Positions 28,879 to 38,149 of a stretch of DNA of 64,000 nt are shown here, piece after piece. This stretch comes from a virus. Position numbers and translations under genes: made by a program. The notes beneath the pieces are model-generated. The model saw nothing but the letters and a program-made list of their open reading frames with translations. It was not told the DNA's origin and searched no databases. Position 1 is the stretch's first letter, and the number at the start of each line of letters is the position of its first letter. The stretch spans positions 32,536 to 96,535 of IMG/VR virus record IMGVR_UViG_3300036944_000550; one strand, 5' to 3'.

Positions 28879-29835
28879 TTAAACCTTATACTTGTTTTTA
28901 TAGAAGGCAAATTTATTTTTTCTGTCGGGGAGTCCAGTATCACCACCATTGATCTGTTGTGTTACATAATTGATATCATTCCATTTATTATTTTTACCAA
29001 TTTTTGCTCTTTCCTTATTGAAATACCAAATAATAAGTTCTGCAGCAATTTCTTTTTGCGCAACTAACTCTGGGTTATTTACTAAATCTTTTCCAATGTA
29101 TTTTCCTGCGTTTCTGTAAGCAGATTTCCATGTGTGCTGTAGAAATCCTCTTCCTCTATATTTTGAACCATCGCCTGCAGTAGTATTACCATACTGTCTG
29201 GCTCTGGTAGGATTATCTCCAGTGATATCATATTTTAGAAAATAACTTTCTTTTCCTACTTCTTTTAATTTTCTAAAACCGCCTGTTTCATGATTACATT
29301 GTGCCATAATCATCGCCTTGGCGATTGGAGTATACCCATTTATTTTTTTGCCATTAAGATCTAACCAAGCTTCTAACCAAGACTCTACATTTTTTGCGTC
29401 GCCAGAAGGTTGAACCACATCACCAATATCACCACCAGAATCAGAGTTCCCGCTACCTGTTGCAGCATCACCAGAAGATCCAGATCCTTCGCTCGGAGAA
29501 CAATCATTTGAATTTAATCCTCCTGGAATAGCACCAACTGTTCCAAAAAACATAGGGTGCTGTCCATTCTCACCGTCAGCAAAAAATCCAACTACCCATG
29601 AACCTTCGACTGCACCTGTAGGAGACCATCCAACACCCGAAGTTCCTGCTGAGTTGGCAGGCATTATTGGCATCGCCCAAGGAAGTTCTTCCGTTGGTAA
29701 ACCAATATTATCTTCTGTGTGGTAACCAATAATTCTTACACGACATCTACCCAAACGTAATGGATCGTTGCGATCTTCGACAACCCCAAACCACCAATAG
29801 AAGTTTGCATTATTATTAGATGTAATATTATCCAT
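28879..29835 (-). CDS. gp5: gp5 N-terminal OB-fold fused to a GH19-type muramidase
   Basis: WWFGVVEDRNDPLRLGRCRVRIIGYH, LPWA, GSWVVGFFADG; GH19 motifs AQCNHETGG, YRGRGFLQHT, INGG. Confidence 0.85.
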   Translation of the reverse strand: MDNITSNNNANFYWWFGVVEDRNDPLRLGRCRVRIIGYHTEDNIGLPTEELPWAMPIMPANSAGTSGVGWSPTGAVEGSWVVGFFADGENGQHPMFFGTVGAIPGGLNSNDCSPSEGSGSSGDAATGSGNSDSGGDIGDVVQPSGDAKNVESWLEAWLDLNGKKINGYTPIAKAMIMAQCNHETGGFRKLKEVGKESYFLKYDITGDNPTRARQYGNTTAGDGSKYRGRGFLQHTWKSAYRNAGKYIGKDLVNNPELVAQKEIAAELIIWYFNKERAKIGKNNKWNDINYVTQQINGGDTGLPDRKNKFAFYKNKYKV

Positions 29836-31411
29836 TGTTCACTTCTTCCACTTCATAAATTTCTTGCGCATACGAATCTTTGGAAATCTCTAAAAACATT
29901 GTATGTCTTAACGGAGATATTTGATGATGTATTGCAGTTATCATATAAATTCCTGATACAAATTTATCCCATATTAATGCTTCGGAATCATCTTTAGTCT
30001 TTTCGCCGACTGATGGATAGTACAAGTTAATTAATCTACCAACTTCGGCATCTGTTCTCCCAGGAACTGTTATTTGCATTCGCAACGTAGTTAAATCCAT
30101 TAGAGAACTATTTCTTTGTGAAATAAAATTCTCTGGGTGTAAATCAACCGAATCCTCAGTTGAATCTAACACTCCAGGATTTACCGTAGATACGAATGGT
30201 TTATTATCTGAAGAGCGCAAAACATTAATTGGAAAAATCATTTTGTATTTTTTAGATGAATTTTCAGTTTCGGTATCCAAAGAATATTTACCTGTTGTCA
30301 CATCATACGTTCCATCTTCCATGTGAGCATATTCTCTATAGTTAAACCCATGATCATAATAGTATGACTTGTAATCTTTCTTAACCATATCAAAAGAATG
30401 CACAGTACTAGCAAAATGCCCTAAGTCTTGACTTTGAATTATATCTAAATTTGTAATAAATTCTAGTGCCTCGATTGTTTGAAATCCTTTGGTCAACGAG
30501 GAAACTCTATCAAGATTCTGCAGATTAGTATTATATACGAACGCTGAATATATGTCACCGTTTTCTAACTGATTTGCTACAAGACTTTCTATTGATGCAA
30601 AATAAAACGCTTTCGTTGTTTCAAAGAATAAAAATGTTGGAGATTTATGTTTTAGACCAATTGATCGTTTCGCTAACCAATTTAAGCACTGGATTGGTGT
30701 CCACATAGGAGATACAAATGTTATATGCGAATCGTGTGGTGTATCTGCGATAAAGAATTCTGTTAATGCTGTTTCAGTAGAAATTTGTACTCCATCAACT
30801 GTTTGATTGTTGGCAATTCCAGATTCCTCAGAACCTGCACTATCTGCGATATTTTTATTTGTAAAAAATCGTGGCGATTTCATGTTCTCCGTGAAAATCT
30901 CAGCAGCAATTTCGTCAGTTGTTCCTTCAAATTTTTTACATACTTTAGTTACATTATCTGAAGATGCTTCAAGCGAGCAAAAAAACAATTCATAATATTG
31001 CTCTCTGTCATTATTCAGTTTACGATTCTTTACTGAATACACCGAGAAAGATTTCTGAATCTTATTGATTGGATCGAAGGTTCCGAGATTACTTGTCGTG
31101 TTTCCGCCCAACCCTCCCCATGGAGTTTGAATATCAACAGTAAGAATTTCATCACCAACAATAGGCAATCTTCCAATAAGGTTAAGAGAGTCGCGTATAA
31201 CTACGGAACCATTTAGTGTCGGGGAAAAAATATCTTCATATAAATTTATTTCCATCATAAATGGTTTTAAATCTAATGGTTGCTCTGCAGAGATCACAGT
31301 CAAGTCAAGTGATGTAATAATTACATCTCCTGGTTTTGCCAATGTATCACTGACTGCTGTTGTCTTTTTAGATGATACAGATTTACTTGGATCTGCTGTT
31401 GGTTCTACCAT
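29828..31411 (-). CDS. Baseplate hub protein (gp27-like)
   Basis: INLYEDIF, LPIVGDE, FLFFET, ITVPG, SGIYMITAIHH; lies between gp53 and gp5. Confidence 0.65.
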   Translation of the reverse strand: MVEPTADPSKSVSSKKTTAVSDTLAKPGDVIITSLDLTVISAEQPLDLKPFMMEINLYEDIFSPTLNGSVVIRDSLNLIGRLPIVGDEILTVDIQTPWGGLGGNTTSNLGTFDPINKIQKSFSVYSVKNRKLNNDREQYYELFFCSLEASSDNVTKVCKKFEGTTDEIAAEIFTENMKSPRFFTNKNIADSAGSEESGIANNQTVDGVQISTETALTEFFIADTPHDSHITFVSPMWTPIQCLNWLAKRSIGLKHKSPTFLFFETTKAFYFASIESLVANQLENGDIYSAFVYNTNLQNLDRVSSLTKGFQTIEALEFITNLDIIQSQDLGHFASTVHSFDMVKKDYKSYYYDHGFNYREYAHMEDGTYDVTTGKYSLDTETENSSKKYKMIFPINVLRSSDNKPFVSTVNPGVLDSTEDSVDLHPENFISQRNSSLMDLTTLRMQITVPGRTDAEVGRLINLYYPSVGEKTKDDSEALIWDKFVSGIYMITAIHHQISPLRHTMFLEISKDSYAQEIYEVEEVNNG

Positions 31412-31417
31412 TATTAA

Positions 31418-31930
31418 TTACCTACTAATCAAACTCGAGTATAGAGATACGAATTCTGCCAAATATTTTGGATCCAACATCTTTATTTCTCGTTTTGTAT
31501 TATTTAGTTCTTCTTCATACTGATAATTAGAAACAACATTAATTACCCCATTTGCTAAATCTGTAGCATTATAATCCACAATCAATGGTGGATTATCTGT
31601 TGTTCTGTAATGATGAGGTAAGTAAATTCCAGTTTCACCATATTTCTTTTTGCAATATGCGATTAAATCTGAATCGCTTATCGGCCATTCTTTACGCACA
31701 TCAACAATTTCATTTATGGTTATTATTACCCAATGATACTCTGGGTTATCATAAAACTTATCGGAAACTTGTTCGATCGTAAAACCGTCAGGAACAGTAA
31801 TTGTTTGTAATAACACAATATTATTTTTGAATTTATTAAGTGAGATTCTACGAAATATATCAGTTACAAGTGTTGCTGTGTTTGGTGTGATAGTATTGAC
31901 TATCAATTTTGGGAACATAGAAAAAAACAT
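31418..31930 (-). CDS. gp53: Baseplate wedge protein gp53
   Basis: FFSMFPK, DIFRR, YHWVIITINEI...EWP, HHY, NYQYEEELN..KREIK. Confidence 0.85.
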   Translation of the reverse strand: MFFSMFPKLIVNTITPNTATLVTDIFRRISLNKFKNNIVLLQTITVPDGFTIEQVSDKFYDNPEYHWVIITINEIVDVRKEWPISDSDLIAYCKKKYGETGIYLPHHYRTTDNPPLIVDYNATDLANGVINVVSNYQYEEELNNTKREIKMLDPKYLAEFVSLYSSLISR

Positions 31931-31931
31931 A

Positions 31932-33176
31932 TTAGTATCCCTTCTCAATTCTGTCAGTAGTCAGAGTTTCCAATTCAGAGAATTGTAATCTAACAAATGC
32001 TTCAGTCGGGCAACCATTTGAGAATGTAGTAAAACCTTCTGCACCATAATCAATAACCATATCTGTCAGTACACAGTTTGATATTTTTCTAACATATGTG
32101 TTTTCAGCGCCATTGTGATAATAGATTATCATAAATTCTGATGGATACGTTAGGAAAAGTCCATTCGGACTCATGGTTGGATGCATGTGCATTGTAAATA
32201 ATTCGAGTATACCAGATTTTCCACCTGGACGACCAAAAACCATTTCTGCCTCGTCAGCATTTCTCGGCGCAAATCTATAGTCAAACGAGAATTTTCTAAA
32301 TCCCATAGATCTAAATAATTGCTCCTTGTATGGATTTTCTACTTTCTTAGAAGTTGCTTCAAGAGCATTAGTAAATTGATCAAATCCAGCAATATTTGCG
32401 ATTCGTCCTGCCTTTCTTACGAGAAAATCAGCAGTTTCTGATCCTTCTGTAACCAATCCAGATAATGACGCTTTTCCTGAAGCTAGACCACCGACGAGTG
32501 CACCAAGATCTGCTGTCTCATAGTTTGCATTATACCCTGATCCAATTTTTTCTGGTATATGAAGAATAATTTCGTCGCTACCAATTACTAGGCGTTGTTC
32601 TCCAGCGATACCACTAGCAGCAACACCTGCTGCAGCGCCCACACCAGCACCAATGATTACTCCACCAAGTCCTGCTGCCAATTTAGTAGCAATAGAAACT
32701 GGTCCGCCTGTTACATTTGGATTCGGATTTACTGTATTACCACCATTTGCCTTTAAACGATTGCCGAGAGATGTTGCGGCACCAATTCCAGCAGCTGCTC
32801 CCAACCCTGCACCAATAATTGCACCTGCTGCTCCCACTGCCACTTTACCATTTTCTGGATCAACTCTATTTTGGTCCGTCTGGTCGAAAATTTTTCCACC
32901 ACCACTTGCCAATAATTCTTTACCTCGTTTTGTTCCTTCACGAACAAGAGGGTAGAAAACAACATAGTGTGGAAACTCTTCAGATTCCCCAATATCTATC
33001 GGGTAACGACGTTGTCCATCTACGTCTCGTGGTGTTTCTAGAAAATTAACAGGCGCAGTTCCTCTGCTAAACCGACTTTCTTTTTTTGGTTCTGGTGCTG
33101 TAGTTGCAGCAGCAGGTGCAGTTGTTCCTGGAGCAGGAGTTTGCGTAGGGGCTGCGGGTGCAGGAGTTAATGCCAT
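31932..33176 (-). CDS. gp48: Baseplate tail tube cap gp48
   Basis: NPYKEQLFRSMGFRKFSFDYRFAPRNADEA, YPSEF, CVLTDM.IDY, LQFSELE. Confidence 0.85.
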   Translation of the reverse strand: MALTPAPAAPTQTPAPGTTAPAAATTAPEPKKESRFSRGTAPVNFLETPRDVDGQRRYPIDIGESEEFPHYVVFYPLVREGTKRGKELLASGGGKIFDQTDQNRVDPENGKVAVGAAGAIIGAGLGAAAGIGAATSLGNRLKANGGNTVNPNPNVTGGPVSIATKLAAGLGGVIIGAGVGAAAGVAASGIAGEQRLVIGSDEIILHIPEKIGSGYNANYETADLGALVGGLASGKASLSGLVTEGSETADFLVRKAGRIANIAGFDQFTNALEATSKKVENPYKEQLFRSMGFRKFSFDYRFAPRNADEAEMVFGRPGGKSGILELFTMHMHPTMSPNGLFLTYPSEFMIIYYHNGAENTYVRKISNCVLTDMVIDYGAEGFTTFSNGCPTEAFVRLQFSELETLTTDRIEKGY

Positions 33177-33180
33177 CTAG

Positions 33181-33220
33181 AATAAATATCCTATTAAGTA
33201 TAGAGTTTGGAATATTTATA
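33181..33220. promoter_or_regulatory. Face-to-face late promoters: TATAAATA (minus, 33213-33220, for gp48) and AATAAATA (plus, 33181-33188, for gp4)
   Basis: Both motifs lie in the short gap between divergent genes. Confidence 0.6.
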
Positions 33221-33678
33221 TGAGTTATGGTAAGGAATCTTTGAAAGGTCTGTATAAAATACAGTATCCAAAGAAATATATTGGCAATCCAAACAATATT
33301 GTTTATCGCTCCAGTTGGGAACTAAAATTCATGAAGTGGTGTGATAATAACGACAACATATTAGAATGGGGATCTGAAGAGTTACCCATTCCATATATCT
33401 CTCCTTTAGATAATCGAGTACATAGATATTTCGTGGATTTTTATATCAAGGTTCAAGAAAAAAGTGGTGTTACAAAGAAGTATCTGGTGGAGGTTAAACC
33501 GCAGAAGTTTACTAAAGAACCCAAAGTGCCTGCTAGAAAAACAAAGAAGTTTCTACAGGAAGTTATGCAATGGGGTGTAAACCAAGCAAAGTGGAAATTT
33601 GCTACTGAGTTTTGTGAAGATAGAGGATGGAAATTTATCATCTTAACCGAAAAAGAGTTGGGAATCCGTAATAAATAA
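33220..33678 (+). CDS. gp4: Head completion nuclease gp4
   Basis: KYIGNP, YRSSWE, WGSEE, HRYFVDF, EVKP, NQAKW, ILTEKEL. Confidence 0.9.
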   Translation: MSYGKESLKGLYKIQYPKKYIGNPNNIVYRSSWELKFMKWCDNNDNILEWGSEELPIPYISPLDNRVHRYFVDFYIKVQEKSGVTKKYLVEVKPQKFTKEPKVPARKTKKFLQEVMQWGVNQAKWKFATEFCEDRGWKFIILTEKELGIRNK

Positions 33679-33692
33679 GAAGGAGAATATCT

Positions 33693-33848
33693 ATGGCAAA
33701 AGCAAGTAGCGGAAATAACAAGATTTCCTTTACCAATCAGAAAAAAGGCAAGACCACAATTGGTGGTAGTGCTTCTTCGATAAAGTTTTCGACCATGAAT
33801 AAACGCAAACGTGCGAACTATAAAGCATACAGAGGACAAGGTAGGTAA
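33693..33848 (+). CDS. Small basic protein (51 aa, ends YRGQGR), missing from the ORF track
   Basis: MAKASSGNNK...MNKRKRANYKAYRGQGR. AGGAG RBS and AATAAATA (33670-33677) upstream; fills the gp4-gp2 gap exactly. Confidence 0.75.
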   Translation: MAKASSGNNKISFTNQKKGKTTIGGSASSIKFSTMNKRKRANYKAYRGQGR

Positions 33849-34421
33849 TTGGCAAATCCGTTTCAGAGACTTCGCGCCAAGGCAGGTGATGGACAAAAGT
33901 CCATGGATTGGTACATGAACAATGTGAAAAACCTCGTTGGCGCGAGGTTGTCTCAGAGCAGCGTAATGAAATCAGATATTGGCGAATTAAACTCCAATAT
34001 CGAGATTGGTTCAATGTATATGTATTTCTATGATCCAAAGTTAAAGGAAGAACTTCCTTTCTATGATACCTTTCCGCTGGTACTACCATTTGGTCCAGCA
34101 AAAGGCGGATTCTATGGAATCAATTTACATTACCTGCCTTACCTGCTGCGAGCACAAGTTCTTGGTGAGTTGTTAGATTATAAAACAACCAAGACATATT
34201 CTGAAACAACAAAGTTACGTATGTCATATAATCTATTAAATAACTTGAAGAATGCGAATGAAGTCAAACCATGTATCAAACATTATCTGACCAACCATGT
34301 TAACTCGCGATTCTTGAAAGTCAATCCTGAAGATTGGCAGGCAGCAATATTCTTACCAATCGAGAACTTTGTGGGTGCCACAAAGGAACAGGTATTTAGA
34401 GATTCTAGGAGCAAATTCTAA
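33849..34421 (+). CDS. gp2: DNA end protector gp2
   Basis: YFYDPK.KEELPFYDTFPL, GINLHYLP, PCIKHYL, AIFLP.E.F. Confidence 0.9.
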   Translation: MANPFQRLRAKAGDGQKSMDWYMNNVKNLVGARLSQSSVMKSDIGELNSNIEIGSMYMYFYDPKLKEELPFYDTFPLVLPFGPAKGGFYGINLHYLPYLLRAQVLGELLDYKTTKTYSETTKLRMSYNLLNNLKNANEVKPCIKHYLTNHVNSRFLKVNPEDWQAAIFLPIENFVGATKEQVFRDSRSKF

Positions 34422-35089
34422 TGGCGAGACCAACATATCATAACATAAATGATTTTTTATCTCAGATTAGAAAAACTGATCTCGCGAGATCAAGTCGATT
34501 TGAAGCAATGTTTATCCCACCTTCTTTCATGCGCGATCACAGAACAAGTCAAGGAATATCACCAAAATTAATTTCTATGATGGTTGAAGATGCAATGTTC
34601 CCAGGAATGTTAGTTGGAACTAGACCATTAAGAATAAACAATCTAAATGAACAACGTGCAAATGCTATTGATTTTGGTGGAGATTCTATTACGTTTACGT
34701 TTTTGTGTGACACATCTTGGACAGCAAAAGATTTCTTCGGAGACTGGATGCGCAAAATTATCAATCCATACTCGAGATATGTAAGTTACCCAGATGATTA
34801 CTATTCAGAAATTGATCTGGTATCTCTTAACAATGAAGACAACGTTATTGCTCATTGGAAAATTTATGATGCATTTCCTAGATCTATCGCGCCCATAACT
34901 GTTTCCGCGACCAATTCAGAAGTTCTTAGACTGCCTGTAACTTTCGCATATAAGAGATGGGAAGTAATAAGCGCATATACACCAGAGGGTGTAGAATATA
35001 GGAATTTGACTGAATTAGATAATGCTGACAACGCTGATCAGTTTATCAATGAAGTTGAAAATGACATCCCACAATTTGAAGACATTTAA
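34421..35089 (+). CDS. gp54: Baseplate tail tube initiator gp54 (tail-tube fold)
   Basis: LARSSRF, ITFTF, FFGDW, DAFPRSI, VTFAYKRW. Confidence 0.7.
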   Translation: MARPTYHNINDFLSQIRKTDLARSSRFEAMFIPPSFMRDHRTSQGISPKLISMMVEDAMFPGMLVGTRPLRINNLNEQRANAIDFGGDSITFTFLCDTSWTAKDFFGDWMRKIINPYSRYVSYPDDYYSEIDLVSLNNEDNVIAHWKIYDAFPRSIAPITVSATNSEVLRLPVTFAYKRWEVISAYTPEGVEYRNLTELDNADNADQFINEVENDIPQFEDI

Positions 35090-35106
35090 ATAATTTGGAG
35101 TAAATT

Positions 35107-35793
35107 ATGGCATTACCTACAATATCAGTACCGACATTTGATGTTGAAGTATATTCAACAAAACAAAAGGTATCTATGAGACCATTTCTCGTGAGAGAGG
35201 AAAAGATTTTGATTCTAGCAGCGGAATCAAATCAACGAGCAGATATGATTCGATCCATGCAGCAAGTTATCAATTCCTGCTCTGATGGTAAAATTGATGC
35301 AGAGAAATTACCATTCTTTGACATACAGAACATCTTTATTAGATTGCGCTCGCAGTCTATTGGTAGAGATTCAGAGTTCAATTTGATTTGCGGCGAATGC
35401 GGGCACAAGACTCCAACTATTTTGGATCTGGATCAGATTGAGTTGCAGACAAATCCTGACCACAAAAATAAAATTATGATCACTGACGATATTGGTGTTA
35501 TCATGAAATATCCAACTGCAGAAGTTTTGGTTGATGATGACTTGCCTGTATTTGATTTAGTTGTGTCATGTATTGATAAAGTGTTTACGCAAGATGAAAT
35601 ACATGATGCAAAGGATCAAACTACTGAAGAAATCGCAGAGTTTATCGAAGGATTAACAACCGAACAGTTTGATAAGATCGTAGAATTCTTTATCACTTCA
35701 CCGAAAATTTTCCACAATATCGAGTATACATGTTCGAAATGTGAAACTGAGAACACGGTGGTCGTGGAAGGTGTTGAAAATTTTTTCGGATAA
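35107..35793 (+). CDS. gp26: Baseplate hub assembly protein gp26
   Basis: MALPTI, RPFLVREEKIL, FIRLRSQSIG, two CxxC motifs, MKYP, terminal ENFF. Confidence 0.88.
   Translation: MALPTISVPTFDVEVYSTKQKVSMRPFLVREEKILILAAESNQRADMIRSMQQVINSCSDGKIDAEKLPFFDIQNIFIRLRSQSIGRDSEFNLICGECGHKTPTILDLDQIELQTNPDHKNKIMITDDIGVIMKYPTAEVLVDDDLPVFDLVVSCIDKVFTQDEIHDAKDQTTEEIAEFIEGLTTEQFDKIVEFFITSPKIFHNIEYTCSKCETENTVVVEGVENFFG
35781..35787 (+). other. Candidate -1 slippery heptamer T TTT TTC
   Basis: In the gp26 frame just before the stop. The -1 frame is open into gp51. Confidence 0.55.
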
Positions 35794-35813
35794 CCCTTTC
35801 TCATGATAACTTA

Positions 35814-35960
35814 ATGAATTTCTATAAAATCAACTTTATTTTAATGCATGAACATAAATATAGTTTGACTGAATTAGAGAATATGATGCCGTGGGAGAGG
35901 GAAGTTTACATAGGGATGCTAATGGCGCATCTTAAAAAGAAAGCAGAGAATCAGGATTAA
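35814..35960 (+). CDS. gp51: Baseplate hub assembly catalyst gp51, missing from the ORF track
   Basis: MNFYKINFILMHEHKYSLTELENMMPWEREVYIGML. Confidence 0.85.
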   Translation: MNFYKINFILMHEHKYSLTELENMMPWEREVYIGMLMAHLKKKAENQD

Positions 35961-38116
35961 TGGAACAGCAACAGCAAACTAAAGGTGTCGGCAAAGAAAA
36001 TCAACTTTCTAAGATTGCTGCTGCAGTAAATCCAGGTTCTAAGGCAGAGGCAAATCCTACTGCTACACAATCTATGATCTCAACCTTCATGAAGACATTT
36101 GAGTCAGCAGCACTTGAAATGCAAAATGAAACTAGTGATGATCAGAAACAGTTGATCAAAACAATGATCGATGAGATCACCAAGTTACAGACTAAAAACA
36201 TGAACGAGTTTGAGAAAGCAATTGGTAAGATTGTTGGTATCACAAAAGAATTACAATCCTCGAATAATCCTACGTTACAAAAACTCGGATCTACGATGGA
36301 ATCAACCGCACGCGATGAAGCAGTAAAGGCATCGGGATATACCCTAACTGGTGAGAAAGATACGTTATTAAATCGCCTTGGTCGTTCAGTTGGTATGAAC
36401 ACTGAAAATGAACCAGTTGAAAAAAGTAGATCTGGTATCGGGAAACTTACTAAAGGATTTGCATCTAATTTAGGCAGAGACGTTAAACGTGGTTTCAAAA
36501 TAGCAGTTGGTGCTGACCCTGACCAAGAAGGTACATTCTATAATAATGTAGTCAGATCCGATACAGAAAAGCGCGAACGGTTGATGACCAGAATAGATTC
36601 TGAATCGAATACGGTAAAATCTGAATCTGTATCTGATCAGTTTAAGAAAGTTATTGAAGAATTCTTCAAAGAGAGTAAATCTGCTTCATCCGAAAAACCT
36701 TCAAAATCTTCTACAAGTAATAGCGAGCAGCAAGAAGATTCAGCAGGTATTTCTAAAGATGCCACAATCGAAGCACTGCAAAAAACTGCTGATTCTAATG
36801 TAGCAATACAAGAAAACACATCCGAAACAGTTGATGTATTGAAACAAATACTGGAACAGATGAAAAATATGCCAGCAGGAAATGGCGGCGGAGGTGGTGG
36901 CGCTACAGTAGTTCCTGTCCCTCTCGGTGGTTTTCGCGCAGGTTTTAACGCACTAGGTAGAGGTGTCAGAGCAGTTGGTAGAGGAATCGCATCAGGCGCA
37001 AGAGCAATTGGATCGGGTGCTCGATCATTTGGTAGAGCAATATTGGGTGGCGGCAGAGCACTCGCCAGAGGAATCGGATCAGGTGCCAGAGCTCTCGCAA
37101 CAGGTGCGAGAGCAATAACAGCGCCGATGGCAATCGCAGGGACTGCTGCAGTTGCTGCAACAGGTTCGATTCTTTACGGCATAGACAAAGGCATTAAGAG
37201 TATAAACATTGGAGCGAGAAAAGAGCAAGAAGAAGGAACTGCTAAATTTGGTTTAACTGGTAATAACATGGATGGGTTTTCTATTAATGGAAAACCTGCT
37301 GGTAAGTATAAAGATCTACCAGAATACTATCAGAAGGTTTCCGACGGTTATGGTGCCAATAGCAGAGGTGGTGCGGCAGAGCGTGCACGCGAATATGTTA
37401 AAACGCATAATCCTGATGGTAGTCCTAAGACTGAGAAAGATAAGAAAAAATCTACAGCAGAACCAGTCGCAAAACCAAAACCAACTGTTGCTACAACAGT
37501 AAAAAAAGCATCTGCCAAGTCTGACAAACCAAAAGCAAAAGCAGAGGCATCTGACAAACCAAAAGCAAAAGCAGAAGTAGAAAAATCAAAAGAAACAGCA
37601 AAACCTAAAGCAGTAGAAACTGTTAAGGAAGCAATTGAACCAAAGAAGAAACAGGATCCAGCACCTTCTTTAGATGCAGTTGATAAGTCCATTAAAGGTA
37701 AGGTTGCGGAGATAGATCCTAACGGTCGTTGGGCAAAACTTAAAGATGGTAAAATCGTAGATCCTGATTTTCCCAATGATGCTGATTCAAATAATTCTGC
37801 AGCAGCAGCATATAAGTTAAGTCAGAAAGCAGGTAAGGTCGAGAGCAAAGGCAATCAAACAGGTGATCAAATGTCACCAAAGAAAACAACTGGTAAAACC
37901 GAAACAGGCAAAAATGTTGATGGCGCAATAATTGAGAAAGGAACTGCAGACACTAAAGAGAAAGTGCAAGTTAATGTTCCTCCACCAACAGTGATCAATC
38001 AAGGTGGAAGTGGTAGTCAAACACCGCCCCAAATAACTTTCCCTGGAGGCGTAGGAAACGTTAGAACAAATGATTCTACGTGGCAACGATTCCAAGATAG
38101 AAGAGCAGTCGGATAA
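35960..38116 (+). CDS. Putative tape-measure-like (gp29-position) protein
   Basis: Helical low-complexity protein directly after gp26/gp51, with amphipathic GRA/GAR repeats and a hydrophobic segment. Confidence 0.5.
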   Translation: MEQQQQTKGVGKENQLSKIAAAVNPGSKAEANPTATQSMISTFMKTFESAALEMQNETSDDQKQLIKTMIDEITKLQTKNMNEFEKAIGKIVGITKELQSSNNPTLQKLGSTMESTARDEAVKASGYTLTGEKDTLLNRLGRSVGMNTENEPVEKSRSGIGKLTKGFASNLGRDVKRGFKIAVGADPDQEGTFYNNVVRSDTEKRERLMTRIDSESNTVKSESVSDQFKKVIEEFFKESKSASSEKPSKSSTSNSEQQEDSAGISKDATIEALQKTADSNVAIQENTSETVDVLKQILEQMKNMPAGNGGGGGGATVVPVPLGGFRAGFNALGRGVRAVGRGIASGARAIGSGARSFGRAILGGGRALARGIGSGARALATGARAITAPMAIAGTAAVAATGSILYGIDKGIKSINIGARKEQEEGTAKFGLTGNNMDGFSINGKPAGKYKDLPEYYQKVSDGYGANSRGGAAERAREYVKTHNPDGSPKTEKDKKKSTAEPVAKPKPTVATTVKKASAKSDKPKAKAEASDKPKAKAEVEKSKETAKPKAVETVKEAIEPKKKQDPAPSLDAVDKSIKGKVAEIDPNGRWAKLKDGKIVDPDFPNDADSNNSAAAAYKLSQKAGKVESKGNQTGDQMSPKKTTGKTETGKNVDGAIIEKGTADTKEKVQVNVPPPTVINQGGSGSQTPPQITFPGGVGNVRTNDSTWQRFQDRRAVG
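37520..37575. repeat. 30-bp-period tandem duplication (SDKPKAKAE twice)
   Basis: tctgacaaaccaaaagcaaaagcaga at 37520 and 37550. Confidence 0.85.
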
Positions 38117-38121
38117 TGAAA

Positions 38122-38144
38122 TGGGGGAGCGATTCGCTCCCCCA
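38122..38144. terminator. Hairpin terminator between convergent genes
   Basis: TGGGGGAGCG-ATT-CGCTCCCCCA perfect 10-bp stem between the 38116 and 38150 stops. Confidence 0.8.
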
Positions 38145-38149
38145 AGTTT

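Noticed and set aside
28870-28885. Stop-codon reassignment or pseudogenisation explaining the gp5 split
   Set aside because: Genes across the window are full length under the standard code, both halves are intact, and the second has its own ATG.
33220-33678. TnsA-like nuclease suggesting a Tn7 element
   Set aside because: Sequence and context match T4 gp4, and no other transposon genes or ends are present.
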